Shown here one piece after another: positions 1-9,227 of a stretch of DNA of 32,690 nt (position 1 is its first letter; the number at the start of each line of letters is the position of its first letter). Origin of the DNA: an uncultured Candidatus Planktophila sp. Its GTDB lineage: Bacteria > Actinomycetota > Actinomycetes > Nanopelagicales > Nanopelagicaceae. The translations under genes were made by a program, and so were the position numbers. A model generated the notes under the pieces. It did not search any database, had not been told where the DNA came from, and saw nothing but the letters and a program-made list of their open reading frames with translations. The stretch spans positions 1 to 32,690 of the forward strand of contig CAYMNN010000003.1 of the NCBI GenBank assembly GCA_964391815.1. Direction: 5' to 3'.

Positions 1-2
1 TT

Positions 3-158
3 ACTTTGTGGTTCTACTTCGCAGTTGATGAGCTACCAGGTCAGTTGGTAACAATGACTCCATACATTGCAACAATTTTGGTGATGGCACTTGCCTCGCA
101 AAGATTACGAATGCCTGCAGCAGATGGAATTCCTTACCGTCGCGGCGGACTTCGATGA
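3..158 (+). CDS. Nucleoside/sugar ABC transporter permease, C-terminal fragment (5' truncated by window edge)
   Basis: My translation is TLWFYFAVDELPGQLVTMTPYIATILVMALASQRLRMPAADGIPYRRGGLR*. The PY..T..L...R.P.A.G.PY ending is typical of NupC-like permeases, and the TGA overlaps the cdd ATG (ATGA). Confidence 0.8.
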   Translation, partial: TLWFYFAVDELPGQLVTMTPYIATILVMALASQRLRMPAADGIPYRRGGLR

Positions 159-556
159 CAACAATTAACTGGGATTCGATTCACCAAGCAGCAATTGGTG
201 CGATGAAGATGGCGTATGCGCCGTATTCAAAGTTTCCAGTTGGTGTTGCAGCTTTAGTAAATGATGGCCGAATCGTTACTGGTTGCAATGTCGAAAACGC
301 TAGCTACGGTGTTGGCTTGTGCGCCGAATGTGGGTTGGTTTCTAACCTCTGTTCAACAGGTGGCGGCCGCTTGATGGCAATTGTTTGCGTAGATGGACAA
401 GGAAATTACCTTGCACCATGTGGGCGTTGCCGTCAGCTTTTATTTGAACATGGTGGCCCCGAAGCGCTGTTGATGACCGATGATGGTCCACAAAAGATGT
501 CAGCGATGCTTCCATGGGCTTTTGGACCCGAGGATCTAGATCGCAACGAGCGTTAA
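155..556 (+). CDS. cdd: Cytidine deaminase (homotetrameric type)
   Basis: AYAPYSKFPVG, GCNVENASYG, CAE and PCGRCRQ zinc motifs. Confidence 0.96.
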   Translation: MTTINWDSIHQAAIGAMKMAYAPYSKFPVGVAALVNDGRIVTGCNVENASYGVGLCAECGLVSNLCSTGGGRLMAIVCVDGQGNYLAPCGRCRQLLFEHGGPEALLMTDDGPQKMSAMLPWAFGPEDLDRNER

Positions 557-1852
557 ATGATTGAAGCCTTCTCCGCCGCAGAAATCATTGCGGCAAAGCG
601 TGATCATCATTCACTGACAGACCCACAAATAGATTGGGTTATTGACGCTTACACCCGTGGCGCAGTTGCAGATGAGCAAATGTCAGCCTTGCTTATGGCT
701 ATCTTGCTCAACGGAATGGAAAATCGCGAAATTTCGCGCTGGACCGATGCCATGATCAACAGCGGTGAACGCATGAATTGGTCAGCATTATCTAGGCCAA
801 CAGTTGATAAGCATTCAACAGGTGGAGTCGGCGACAAAATTACTTTGCCTTTGGCCCCATTAGTTGCCGCTTGTGGCGCAGCTGTTCCTCAATTATCTGG
901 TCGCGGCTTAGGTCATACCGGTGGAACTTTAGACAAACTCGAATCTATTCCGGGCTGGCGAGCAACTTTATCTAACGAAGAAATGTTGAAAGTTTTGCAA
1001 GATTGCGGAGCGGTTATTTGCGCGGCAGGTGCGGGCTTAGCTCCGGCGGATAAAAAGTTGTACGCACTTCGTGATGTAACAGCTACAGTTGAAGCGATTC
1101 CATTAATTGCATCATCAATTATGAGCAAGAAGATTGCCGAAGGAACGAGTGCGCTAGTTCTAGATGTTAAAACCGGTGCGGGTGCTTTCATGAGCGATCC
1201 AGCAAAAGCCAAAGAATTAGCCCATGTCATGGTTGGTTTAGGTAAGCGCGCAGGTGTCAAAACTCTTGCACTAGTAACAGCTATGGATGTTCCACTTGGA
1301 TTAACTGCCGGAAACGCGTTAGAAGTTCGAGAGTCAGTCGAAGTTCTAGCAGGAGGTGGACCGGCAGATATTGTTGAGCTAACAGTTTTGCTTGCCCAAG
1401 AAATGTTAGAACTTGCCGGCATTAGCGGAGCAGATCCAGCAGCAGCATTGAAAAATGGAAAAGCTATGGATGTGTGGCGTCAGATGATTTCGGCCCAAGG
1501 CGGAGATCCAGATGCAAAGCTTCCGGTTGCTCGCGAAAACACAGTTGTGACTGCCCAAAGCAGTGGAACAATTCTTTCTATGGATGCCATGAAAGTTGGC
1601 ATGGCCGCTTGGCGTTTGGGCGCAGGCCGTTCACGCCAAGGTGAAGCTGTCCAAGCTGGCGCTGGAATCGAGATTCACGCTAAGCCAGGGGACACCATCG
1701 CCGCCGGAGCACCGCTATACACGCTCCATACAGACACCCCAGCGGCCTTTACGCGGGCTCTGGAGTCTTTGGATAACTCTGTGACAATAGGTGAAATGCC
1801 AGTTAGCGGAATTGATCGACTTCCGCTTATTGTTGAACGTATCGTTGATTAA
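557..1852 (+). CDS. deoA: Thymidine/pyrimidine-nucleoside phosphorylase
   Basis: DKHSTGGVGDK, SGRGLGHTGGTLDKLESIPG, LYALRDVTATV and SIMSKK motifs. Confidence 0.96.
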   Translation: MIEAFSAAEIIAAKRDHHSLTDPQIDWVIDAYTRGAVADEQMSALLMAILLNGMENREISRWTDAMINSGERMNWSALSRPTVDKHSTGGVGDKITLPLAPLVAACGAAVPQLSGRGLGHTGGTLDKLESIPGWRATLSNEEMLKVLQDCGAVICAAGAGLAPADKKLYALRDVTATVEAIPLIASSIMSKKIAEGTSALVLDVKTGAGAFMSDPAKAKELAHVMVGLGKRAGVKTLALVTAMDVPLGLTAGNALEVRESVEVLAGGGPADIVELTVLLAQEMLELAGISGADPAAALKNGKAMDVWRQMISAQGGDPDAKLPVARENTVVTAQSSGTILSMDAMKVGMAAWRLGAGRSRQGEAVQAGAGIEIHAKPGDTIAAGAPLYTLHTDTPAAFTRALESLDNSVTIGEMPVSGIDRLPLIVERIVD

Positions 1853-1864
1853 GGGGTACACCAG

Positions 1865-2962
1865 ATGAGCATGAACAGCATTCCGACAAAGGAACAGATC
1901 AAAGTTGTTCCTAAAGTGATGTTGCATGATCACTTAGATGGTGGATTACGTCCGCAAACAATCATCGATATCGCTCAAGAGATTGGCTACACCGCACTTC
2001 CAACTCATGATGCAGCAGAGCTTGCAACTTGGTTTCGCGAATCATGTGATTCTGGTTCATTAGTTCGCTACTTGGAAACCTTCTCCCACACGATCGCGGT
2101 AATGCAAAGATACGAAGATGTTGTCCGAGTGGCACGCGAGTGCGCGTTGGATCTAGCTCGTGATGGTGTCGTCTACGCCGAAGTCCGCGGAGCACCTGAA
2201 TTATTTACTGAAAAAGGATTATCAATGTCTGATGTTGTGGAAGCGACATTAGAAGGTTACAAGTTAGGAATGCAAGAGGCAAAGGCAGAAGGATTCACAA
2301 TCCAAGTGCGTTCTTTGTTATGTGGAATGCGTCAAAATAAGAAATCTCAAGAAGTTGCTGAATTAGTCGTTAAGTACCGAGAAAAAGGAGTCGTAGGCTT
2401 TGATATCGCTGGTCCTGAAGATGGTTTCCCGCCGTCTGATCAAAAAGATACTTTTGATTATCTTCGTAAAGAAAATGCCCATTTTACTATCCATGCTGGT
2501 GAAGCGTATGGAATCCCCTCAATCTGGGAAGCAATCCAAATCTGCGGAGCAGAACGACTAGGTCACGGTGTTCGCATTATCGATGACATCGATTTTTCTG
2601 GTCCAGAACCAAAGTTAGGTCGACTAGCGGCCTACGTTCGTGATCGCAGGATTCCACTTGAACTGTGCCCAACGTCAAACCTTCAAACTGGTGCTGCAGC
2701 AAGTTATGCCGAACATCCAATTGGAGCACTAGCTAAGCTTCGTTTTCGTGTCACACTAAATACTGACAACCGATTAATGAGTCAGACTTCATTGTCATAT
2801 GAGATGGAAGAAGCTGTAAAGGCTTTTGGTTGGGACTTTGCCGAGCTCCAAAGAGTCACAATTAACGCTATGAAGAGCGCATTTATCCCGTATCCAGAGC
2901 GTCTTGCAATTATCGACCAAATTATCAAGCCAGGTTATGCCAAGGTCTCAGCTGGTTCATGA
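1865..2962 (+). CDS. add: Adenosine deaminase (start may be 1871)
   Basis: HDHLDGG, HAGE, RLGHG and NTDN metal/catalytic motifs, in a cdd-deoA-add context. Confidence 0.95.
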   Translation: MSMNSIPTKEQIKVVPKVMLHDHLDGGLRPQTIIDIAQEIGYTALPTHDAAELATWFRESCDSGSLVRYLETFSHTIAVMQRYEDVVRVARECALDLARDGVVYAEVRGAPELFTEKGLSMSDVVEATLEGYKLGMQEAKAEGFTIQVRSLLCGMRQNKKSQEVAELVVKYREKGVVGFDIAGPEDGFPPSDQKDTFDYLRKENAHFTIHAGEAYGIPSIWEAIQICGAERLGHGVRIIDDIDFSGPEPKLGRLAAYVRDRRIPLELCPTSNLQTGAAASYAEHPIGALAKLRFRVTLNTDNRLMSQTSLSYEMEEAVKAFGWDFAELQRVTINAMKSAFIPYPERLAIIDQIIKPGYAKVSAGS

Positions 2963-4143
2963 TTGATTTTACAGATCCACATTTTGTCGCAGATCCTTAT
3001 CCAGCACTTAAACAGTTAAGAAGTGCACCCGGTCCGGTGTGGCATGAAGGTATGCAGATGTTCTTGGCGGCCCGACATAGCGATGCCAATGATGTCTTTC
3101 GCAATAAGTCCTTGGGGCGAATTTTTAAAGAAAAGACACCTGATTTTGAATGGGAAATCTTCAACTGGCTTCATGCTGATTCAATCTTAGATAGCGAACC
3201 ACCTAAGCACACCCGCTTGCGTTCATTAGTTGCAAAGGCTTTTAATCGTCAAAAGATCGAAGGCATGCGACCTGCGGTTTCTCGCATTACCGAACAATTA
3301 CTTGATGCGATCGATGACAAATTAAAAGATGGAAAGAGTTTTGATCTGATCGCTGATTATGCCGAACCGTTGCCAGTCAAGATCATTGCTGACTTGTTAG
3401 GTTTTCCAGATTCAGAAGAGCATTTACTTCGACCTTGGTCGCAAGCAATAGTCAAGATGTATGAAGTTAATCCATCGGTGCAGTATCAAACTGAAGCCAA
3501 GCAAGCTGCGGCTGAATTTGCACAGTATGTGCGTGATTTGGCCGAGAGCCGCAAAAAGAATCCCGGTCAGGATTTGATCTCTGATTTAGCAAGTGTTGAA
3601 GAAAACGGCGAAAAACTGAATATGCAGGAGCTAGTTGCGACCTGCATTTTGCTTTTAAACGCCGGACACGAAGCAAGCGTTAATGCATTTGGCAATGGAA
3701 TGGTCGCAGCCCTGCAGCGCCCAGATCAAGTAAAACTACTTCGCGAAACTCCACGCGAAATTACCAATACCGCATTAGAAGAGTTCATGCGTTTTGATGC
3801 ACCACTTCATTTGTTTGAACGTACAGCAACAGCAGATACCGAGGTTGGGGGAGTTCAAATCCAAGAAGGACAAAAGATCGCAGCCCTAATTGGGTCAGCA
3901 AACCGTGATGAAACGGTGTTTTCAGCCCCTGAAACCATGGATTTAACTCGTGATCCAAACCCGCATATTGGTTTTGGCGCAGGCATTCACTTTTGCTTAG
4001 GCGCACCACTTGCTCGATTGGAAATGAGTGTTTCACTGCCAGCGTTATGGGAAAAGTACCCAACGATGCACTTAGCTGCTGAACCTATACGGCGCCCTAC
4101 TTTTGTTTTGCGTGGTTACGAAAGCGTCGCTATTTCAGTTTGA
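2959..4143 (+). CDS. Cytochrome P450 (CYP107-clan-like)
   Basis: HTRLR, I-helix AGHEAS, ExxR (EFMR), SANRD and heme motif [14 protein letters not shown] overlap with add. Confidence 0.95.
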   Translation: MIDFTDPHFVADPYPALKQLRSAPGPVWHEGMQMFLAARHSDANDVFRNKSLGRIFKEKTPDFEWEIFNWLHADSILDSEPPKHTRLRSLVAKAFNRQKIEGMRPAVSRITEQLLDAIDDKLKDGKSFDLIADYAEPLPVKIIADLLGFPDSEEHLLRPWSQAIVKMYEVNPSVQYQTEAKQAAAEFAQYVRDLAESRKKNPGQDLISDLASVEENGEKLNMQELVATCILLLNAGHEASVNAFGNGMVAALQRPDQVKLLRETPREITNTALEEFMRFDAPLHLFERTATADTEVGGVQIQEGQKIAALIGSANRDETVFSAPETMDLTRDPNPHIGFGAGIHFCLGAPLARLEMSVSLPALWEKYPTMHLAAEPIRRPTFVLRGYESVAISV

Positions 4144-5012
4144 TCTGGGTATGAAGACTGCGCACCTTTACGGGTAACAGTAAGTGAGGCAATCTTTATT
4201 CCAAATTTCATGGCCATCACTGGATCCTGGCCACTTGCTAATGCAAAAGCAAAGCTTCCGACAAAAGCATCTCCAGCACCAGTGGTATCAACTGCGGTGA
4301 CTTGTGGGGCAGGTGCATGGTGGATCTGTCCATCGGCGCTGATGTAGACCGCGCCTTTACTGCCTAACGTCACGATTGAATTCTTGCCAGGTCTAAAGGT
4401 TTTAAGAACTTCATCATTTGCGGGCAAAGATCCATGTAATTCTCGGAACTCTGTTTCATTAGGAATAATCCAGTCGCACAAATTTAGTAACTCTGCCGAA
4501 ATCTCTTGGTACGGCGCAGGGTTTAAAATGGTTGTACAACCCCGAGCTTTTGCCGCCCTGAAAGCGGCCAACGTTACTTCTTGTTTTATCTCACATTGAG
4601 CAACAACTATTTCTAGATTCTGAATCGAATTAATTGCTTCGATCGCCTTGGCAGTTTCAATTTCGTGGTTTGCTCCGGGAATAATGATGATTCGGTTTTC
4701 GCCTTTTCCATCAACCCAGATGTGGGCAACACCGTTGGGAGTAGTACTTGTTTCTACGAACTGCGAATTAATTCCAACCTTCACAAAGTTTTCGGCAATT
4801 GCCTTTCCGAAAACATCATCACCAAGTTTTCCGATGAAATGAACTTGAGCCCCGCAATTGGCCGCCATAACCGCTTGGTTTGCACCCTTGCCACCGAAAC
4901 CAGTCGTAAAGAGCTGGCCCGCAAGGGTTTGACCTGGTTCTGGAAGCACATCGGCATAGGCGGTTAAATCCATCATGGCGCTGCCTACGACAACTATTAC
5001 TGACGGTCTCAT
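4116..5012 (-). CDS. rbsK: Ribokinase (PfkB family)
   Basis: GGKGANQA, NPAP, PNETE and DTTGAGDAF motifs. Confidence 0.92.
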   Translation of the reverse strand: MRPSVIVVVGSAMMDLTAYADVLPEPGQTLAGQLFTTGFGGKGANQAVMAANCGAQVHFIGKLGDDVFGKAIAENFVKVGINSQFVETSTTPNGVAHIWVDGKGENRIIIIPGANHEIETAKAIEAINSIQNLEIVVAQCEIKQEVTLAAFRAAKARGCTTILNPAPYQEISAELLNLCDWIIPNETEFRELHGSLPANDEVLKTFRPGKNSIVTLGSKGAVYISADGQIHHAPAPQVTAVDTTGAGDAFVGSFAFALASGQDPVMAMKFGIKIASLTVTRKGAQSSYPDQTEIATLS

Positions 5013-5030
5013 AACGCTAGGCTAGCGGTT
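5013..5030. promoter_or_regulatory. Bidirectional leaderless promoter with overlapping -10 hexamers
   Basis: Plus-strand TAGGCT (5018-5023) lies 7 nt before ATG 5031. Minus-strand TAGCCT (5024-5019) lies 6 nt before ATG 5012. The 18-bp spacer has no SD sequence. Confidence 0.75.
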
Positions 5031-5975
5031 ATGACTAAAACTTCAATCATTCTGGATGTAGATACTGGTGTAGATGATGCTTTCGCTGTTCTCTTTGCGG
5101 CGCTGCATCCAGACATCAATCTCTTGGGCATTACATGTGTCGATGGAAACACCAATATTGATCAAGTTGTAGCCAATACGCTAAAAGTTCTAGATGCAGC
5201 AGGTGCGCCTGACATTCCAGTTGCTCGCGGAGCTTTAAAGCCATTGCTTGGAAAGAGCCAATATGCCGAATATGTTCATGGCGCAGATGGCATGGGTGAT
5301 TTAGGGATCGCACCTTCACAACGCAAGGTTGATTCTCGTTCTGCTATTGAACTACTGCGAGATTTGGTGGAACAATCAAAAGATCCTGTAACTATCGTTC
5401 CCTTAGCACCTCTGACAAATATCGCATTGTTCTTGCGTGCCTTTCCTGAAACTGCCAAGAAAGTTCACCGAATTGTTTTGATGGGTGGATCTGCATCAGC
5501 AGGAAATGCAACTGCGGCCGCCGAATTTAATGTGTGGCATGATCCTGAAGCTGCAGCAATAGTTTTCCAAAGTGGAGTCCCAATTACCATGTATGGATTA
5601 GATGTCTTTATGCGTCCCGGAATCAATCGCGAACAAGCAACCCAAATGCAGAACTCAGATAATCGGGCTGCACAATTTGGTGGATCACTTGCCCTGGCAT
5701 TTATGGAACGTCTTGGCGTTTCTCCGGTAACACTGGGAGATTACGGAGCCGTAGCTAGCGTTATTCGCCCAGATCTGTTTACAACTGAAATGTTTGATGT
5801 TGTTGTAGACACATCATCGGGCCCTGCTCGTGGTCAAACAATTGTTGATCGACGCGATGCATTCTTAAAAGAGCTAGAACCGCTTGACCTTGAAGATTCA
5901 GCCAAGGTACGAGTAACTCTGGATCTAGATGTACAAGGCGTAGAACAGTTGTGGCTTACAACCGTTAATTCATAG
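5031..5975 (+). CDS. Nucleoside hydrolase (IU-NH/Rih family)
   Basis: N-terminal DVDTGVDD, DGN, VHGADG, PLTN, MGG and AEFNVWHDP motifs. Confidence 0.93.
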   Translation: MTKTSIILDVDTGVDDAFAVLFAALHPDINLLGITCVDGNTNIDQVVANTLKVLDAAGAPDIPVARGALKPLLGKSQYAEYVHGADGMGDLGIAPSQRKVDSRSAIELLRDLVEQSKDPVTIVPLAPLTNIALFLRAFPETAKKVHRIVLMGGSASAGNATAAAEFNVWHDPEAAAIVFQSGVPITMYGLDVFMRPGINREQATQMQNSDNRAAQFGGSLALAFMERLGVSPVTLGDYGAVASVIRPDLFTTEMFDVVVDTSSGPARGQTIVDRRDAFLKELEPLDLEDSAKVRVTLDLDVQGVEQLWLTTVNS

Positions 5976-5993
5976 GCTTTATAGGCCTAGTTT

Positions 5994-6836
5994 CTACAAA
6001 CCAATCGGGTGCCACACAGTCTTGGCCTCCATGAAGGCGATGATTCGTCCAGGGTCAGCTGACTTAAATGAATGAATACGCTTGAGGTTTTCAGCCCCAG
6101 CAACCTTTGTCTCTGCATGAAGTTTTGCTGGCAGACCTGAGATATCTAACGCATCAATATCCATATGTGATGCCATCCAAGGAGCAATCTCCTCTTTTTT
6201 ACCAGTCAAGATATTAATTACTCCATGTGGCAGATCACTTGTTGCCAAAACTTCTGCAAAGGTCATCGCTGACAATGGCGCTTTCGTGCTCGCCAAAACT
6301 ACAACCGTGTTTCCAGATGTGATGATTGGTGCCACGACATCGATAAAACCAAGAAGTGATGGTGTCTCTGGCGCAATTGCCGCAACAACTCCCATGCTTT
6401 CAGGAATTGTAAAGTTATAGAAAGGTCCAGCAACTGGGTTAGTTGAACCTGAAAGGGATGCAATCTTGTCGGTCCAACCTGCATACCAAACTAGACGATC
6501 AACCGAATCACTTACTTCCTTTTCAGCCTTTACCTTTGTAACACCAGTGACCTGCATGATCTCGTCCACAAACTGTGCACGCCGACCTTCTAGCATTTCA
6601 GCAATGCGATACAAAATCTGTCCACGGTTGTAAGCCGTTGCTTTGTTCCAGCCAGAATGAGCCGCGCGCGCTGCTACAACTGCCTCGCGCAAATCTTTAC
6701 GAGATGCCAAGCATGGGTTTGCAATAAAGACTCCCTTGGCACTCTTTACTTCATAGGTACGTCCAGATTCTGTGCGAGGAAATGCGCCATTGATGTATAG
6801 CTTGTAAGTCTTCTTTACATCGATTCGATTACTCAT
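5994..6836 (-). CDS. Aldehyde dehydrogenase-like protein, Rossmann and oligomerisation parts only (non-catalytic)
   Basis: Resembles the ALDH N-terminal domain (KLYING, RGQILYRIA, YAGWTDK, LPHGVINILTG) but has no ELGGK, no catalytic Cys and no catalytic domain. 280 aa. Confidence 0.88.
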   Translation of the reverse strand: MSNRIDVKKTYKLYINGAFPRTESGRTYEVKSAKGVFIANPCLASRKDLREAVVAARAAHSGWNKATAYNRGQILYRIAEMLEGRRAQFVDEIMQVTGVTKVKAEKEVSDSVDRLVWYAGWTDKIASLSGSTNPVAGPFYNFTIPESMGVVAAIAPETPSLLGFIDVVAPIITSGNTVVVLASTKAPLSAMTFAEVLATSDLPHGVINILTGKKEEIAPWMASHMDIDALDISGLPAKLHAETKVAGAENLKRIHSFKSADPGRIIAFMEAKTVWHPIGL

Positions 6837-8268
6837 GGCTAACTCCCTTCAAATATGCAGACAGGCCGTGACGTCCACCTTCGCGGCCCCACCCCGATTC
6901 CTTGTAACCACCAAATGGAGATGTTGGATCGAACTTATTAAATGTATTCGCCCAAATTACGCCAGCGCGTAACTGTTGCGATGCCCACAATGTGCGAGAA
7001 CCCTTTTCGCTCCAGATGCCTGCAGAAAGGCCAAATGGGGTGTTATTCGCCTTTTCGATGGCCTCTTGTGGAGTTCTAAAGGTAAGAACCGATAGAACTG
7101 GTCCAAAGATTTCTTCCCGCGCAATTCGATGTGCTTGTGTAACACCGGTAAAGATTGTTGGGGCAAACCAGAAACCTTTTCCTGGAAGATTACAAGCCGG
7201 ACTCCAACGTTCTGCGCCTTCAGCATCGCCGGCAGCTGCAAGTTCAATGATCTTGGCAAGCTGTTCTTTGCTGTTAATCGCTCCAACATCGGTGTTCTTG
7301 TCCATTGGATCACCGACACGAATCTTTTCCATGCGGTTCTTTAACTTGTGTAGAACTTCTTCAGCCACATTTTCTTGGAGCAAGAGGCGTGATCCCGCGC
7401 AACATACATGTCCCTGATTGAAGAAGATTCCGTTCACAATTCCTTCAACTGTTTCATCAATTGGCGCATCTTCAAAAACGATATTGGCAGCTTTTCCACC
7501 AAGTTCTAGCGTCACACTCTTCTTGGTTGGTGCCACTGCGCGAGCAATGATCTTTCCAACTTCAGTAGAGCCAGTAAAAGCAATCTTGTCGATGTCTGGA
7601 TGGTTAACAATCAGTGCACCCGTTGAACCGTCGCCAGTAACAATATTGACGACTCCGGCAGGAAGTTCAGCTTGCTGACACACTTCGGCGAACAAAAGCG
7701 CAGTTAATGAAGTTGATTCAGCAGGCTTTAGAACAACGGTGTTTCCTGTTGCTAGCGCTGGTGCAACTTTCCAAGCCAACATCAAAAGCGGGAAGTTCCA
7801 AGGAATGATTTGTCCGGCAACACCAAGTGGCTTTGGTGATGTTCCAAGACCAGCGTATTCAAGCTTGTCTGCCCACCCTGCATGATAAAAAAAGTGAGCT
7901 GCAGCTAATGGAATATCAGTGTCTCTGGATTCGCGAATTGGCTTTCCGTTATCGAGAGTCTCTAGCACTGCAAATTCGCGAGCACGTTCCTGCATGATTC
8001 GAGCGATTCGATACAGGTACTTTCCGCGCTCTTTGCCTGACATCTTTGACCAGGTTGATGTGTAAGCCTTGCGCGCTGCCTTTACTGCAGCATCAACTTC
8101 AGCTTTGCCAGCAAGTGCGATCTGGCTCAGTACCTCTTCAGTAGCAGGGTTGATTGTCGGAAAGTGTTTGCTTCCTGCAACAAATTTTCCACCAATGAAG
8201 TGACCGTACTTTGGTTTAATTGAAACCACGGCTCTTGATTCAGGTGCTGGTGCGTATTCGAAGCTCAT
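6829..8268 (-). CDS. NAD-dependent aldehyde dehydrogenase
   Basis: PWNFP, LKPAE, FTGSTEVG, LELGGK, NQGHVCCAG and EEIFGP motifs. ATG 8268 is preceded by SD-like GGAGAG. Confidence 0.95.
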   Translation of the reverse strand: MSFEYAPAPESRAVVSIKPKYGHFIGGKFVAGSKHFPTINPATEEVLSQIALAGKAEVDAAVKAARKAYTSTWSKMSGKERGKYLYRIARIMQERAREFAVLETLDNGKPIRESRDTDIPLAAAHFFYHAGWADKLEYAGLGTSPKPLGVAGQIIPWNFPLLMLAWKVAPALATGNTVVLKPAESTSLTALLFAEVCQQAELPAGVVNIVTGDGSTGALIVNHPDIDKIAFTGSTEVGKIIARAVAPTKKSVTLELGGKAANIVFEDAPIDETVEGIVNGIFFNQGHVCCAGSRLLLQENVAEEVLHKLKNRMEKIRVGDPMDKNTDVGAINSKEQLAKIIELAAAGDAEGAERWSPACNLPGKGFWFAPTIFTGVTQAHRIAREEIFGPVLSVLTFRTPQEAIEKANNTPFGLSAGIWSEKGSRTLWASQQLRAGVIWANTFNKFDPTSPFGGYKESGWGREGGRHGLSAYLKGVSHE

Positions 8269-8279
8269 TGTTCTCTCCA

Positions 8280-9227
8280 CTAATCCATCGTCACATACTG
8301 AGGGCTTGAGTAATAACCTTCATCTAACTTCATGCGTTGCATCAATAGATCATTGAGCAAAGCACTAGCACCAATACGAAATAGCTTCGGATTGAGCCAA
8401 TCTGGTCCAACAGTTTCATTGACCAAAACTAATTGCTTGATTGCATCCTTTGTATTTCTGATCCCACCAGCTGGCTTCACGCCAATTCTGGTATTGGTCA
8501 TCTCATAGAAATCGCGAACCGCTTCCAGCATCACCAAAACAACTGGGGGAGTTGCAGCAGGTGCCACCTTTCCAGTTGAAGTTTTAATGAAGTCAGCACC
8601 GGCAGCCATTGCCAAGAACGATGCTTTCCGGACATTGTCATAGGTAACAAGTTCGCCGGTTTCAAAAATAACTTTAAGGTGTGCCTTGTTTCCGCACACT
8701 TGCTTAATCTGCACAATTTCATTAAAGACATCGATGTAGCGACCTGCAAGAAAAGCGCCACGATCAATCACCATGTCGATTTCAGCGGCTCCAGCATCGA
8801 TTGCATCTTGAGTATCTTGAATTTTTACCGGCATTGATGCTCGACCTGAAGGAAAGGCTGTCGAAACGGCAGCCACCGGAACATGCTGCCCACCAATTAA
8901 ATCTAGGTGTGTTCGAGCTACCGAAACCATGTCGTTGTAGACACACACCGCTCCAACACTTGGGACCGTTGAATCAGTTGGGTCTGGTCGAACTGCTTTC
9001 GTGCACAAAGCTTTAACTTTGCCAGGAGTATCGGCACCTTCTAAAGTTGTTAAATCAACCATGGTGATTGCGGTTTCAATTGCCCAGCGCTTAGAACTTG
9101 TCTTAATGCTTCGGGTGGCAAGCATCCCAGCGCGAGCATCTGCGCCCACTTGGTCGACACCTGAAAGATTGTTGAGGTAGCTCTTTAGCGAGGCTTCACT
9201 GCCATCAACTAAACCGTAAAAACTCAC
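8280..9227 (-). CDS. deoC: Deoxyribose-phosphate aldolase
   Basis: DLTTL, EIDMVI, LKVIFETGEL, FIKTSTGK and GVKPAGGIR motifs. GTG start overlaps the upstream TGA. Confidence 0.95.
   Translation of the reverse strand: MSFYGLVDGSEASLKSYLNNLSGVDQVGADARAGMLATRSIKTSSKRWAIETAITMVDLTTLEGADTPGKVKALCTKAVRPDPTDSTVPSVGAVCVYNDMVSVARTHLDLIGGQHVPVAAVSTAFPSGRASMPVKIQDTQDAIDAGAAEIDMVIDRGAFLAGRYIDVFNEIVQIKQVCGNKAHLKVIFETGELVTYDNVRKASFLAMAAGADFIKTSTGKVAPAATPPVVLVMLEAVRDFYEMTNTRIGVKPAGGIRNTKDAIKQLVLVNETVGPDWLNPKLFRIGASALLNDLLMQRMKLDEGYYSSPQYVTMD

Noticed and set aside
913-1422. 169-aa minus-strand ORF and the many other short nested ORFs in the track
   Set aside because: They lie within or opposite well-supported genes and show typical shadow-frame composition.
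5973-5993. Possible bidirectional terminator TAGGC-N7-GCCTA between convergent genes
   Set aside because: The stem is only 5-6 bp with a short T tract, too weak to call.
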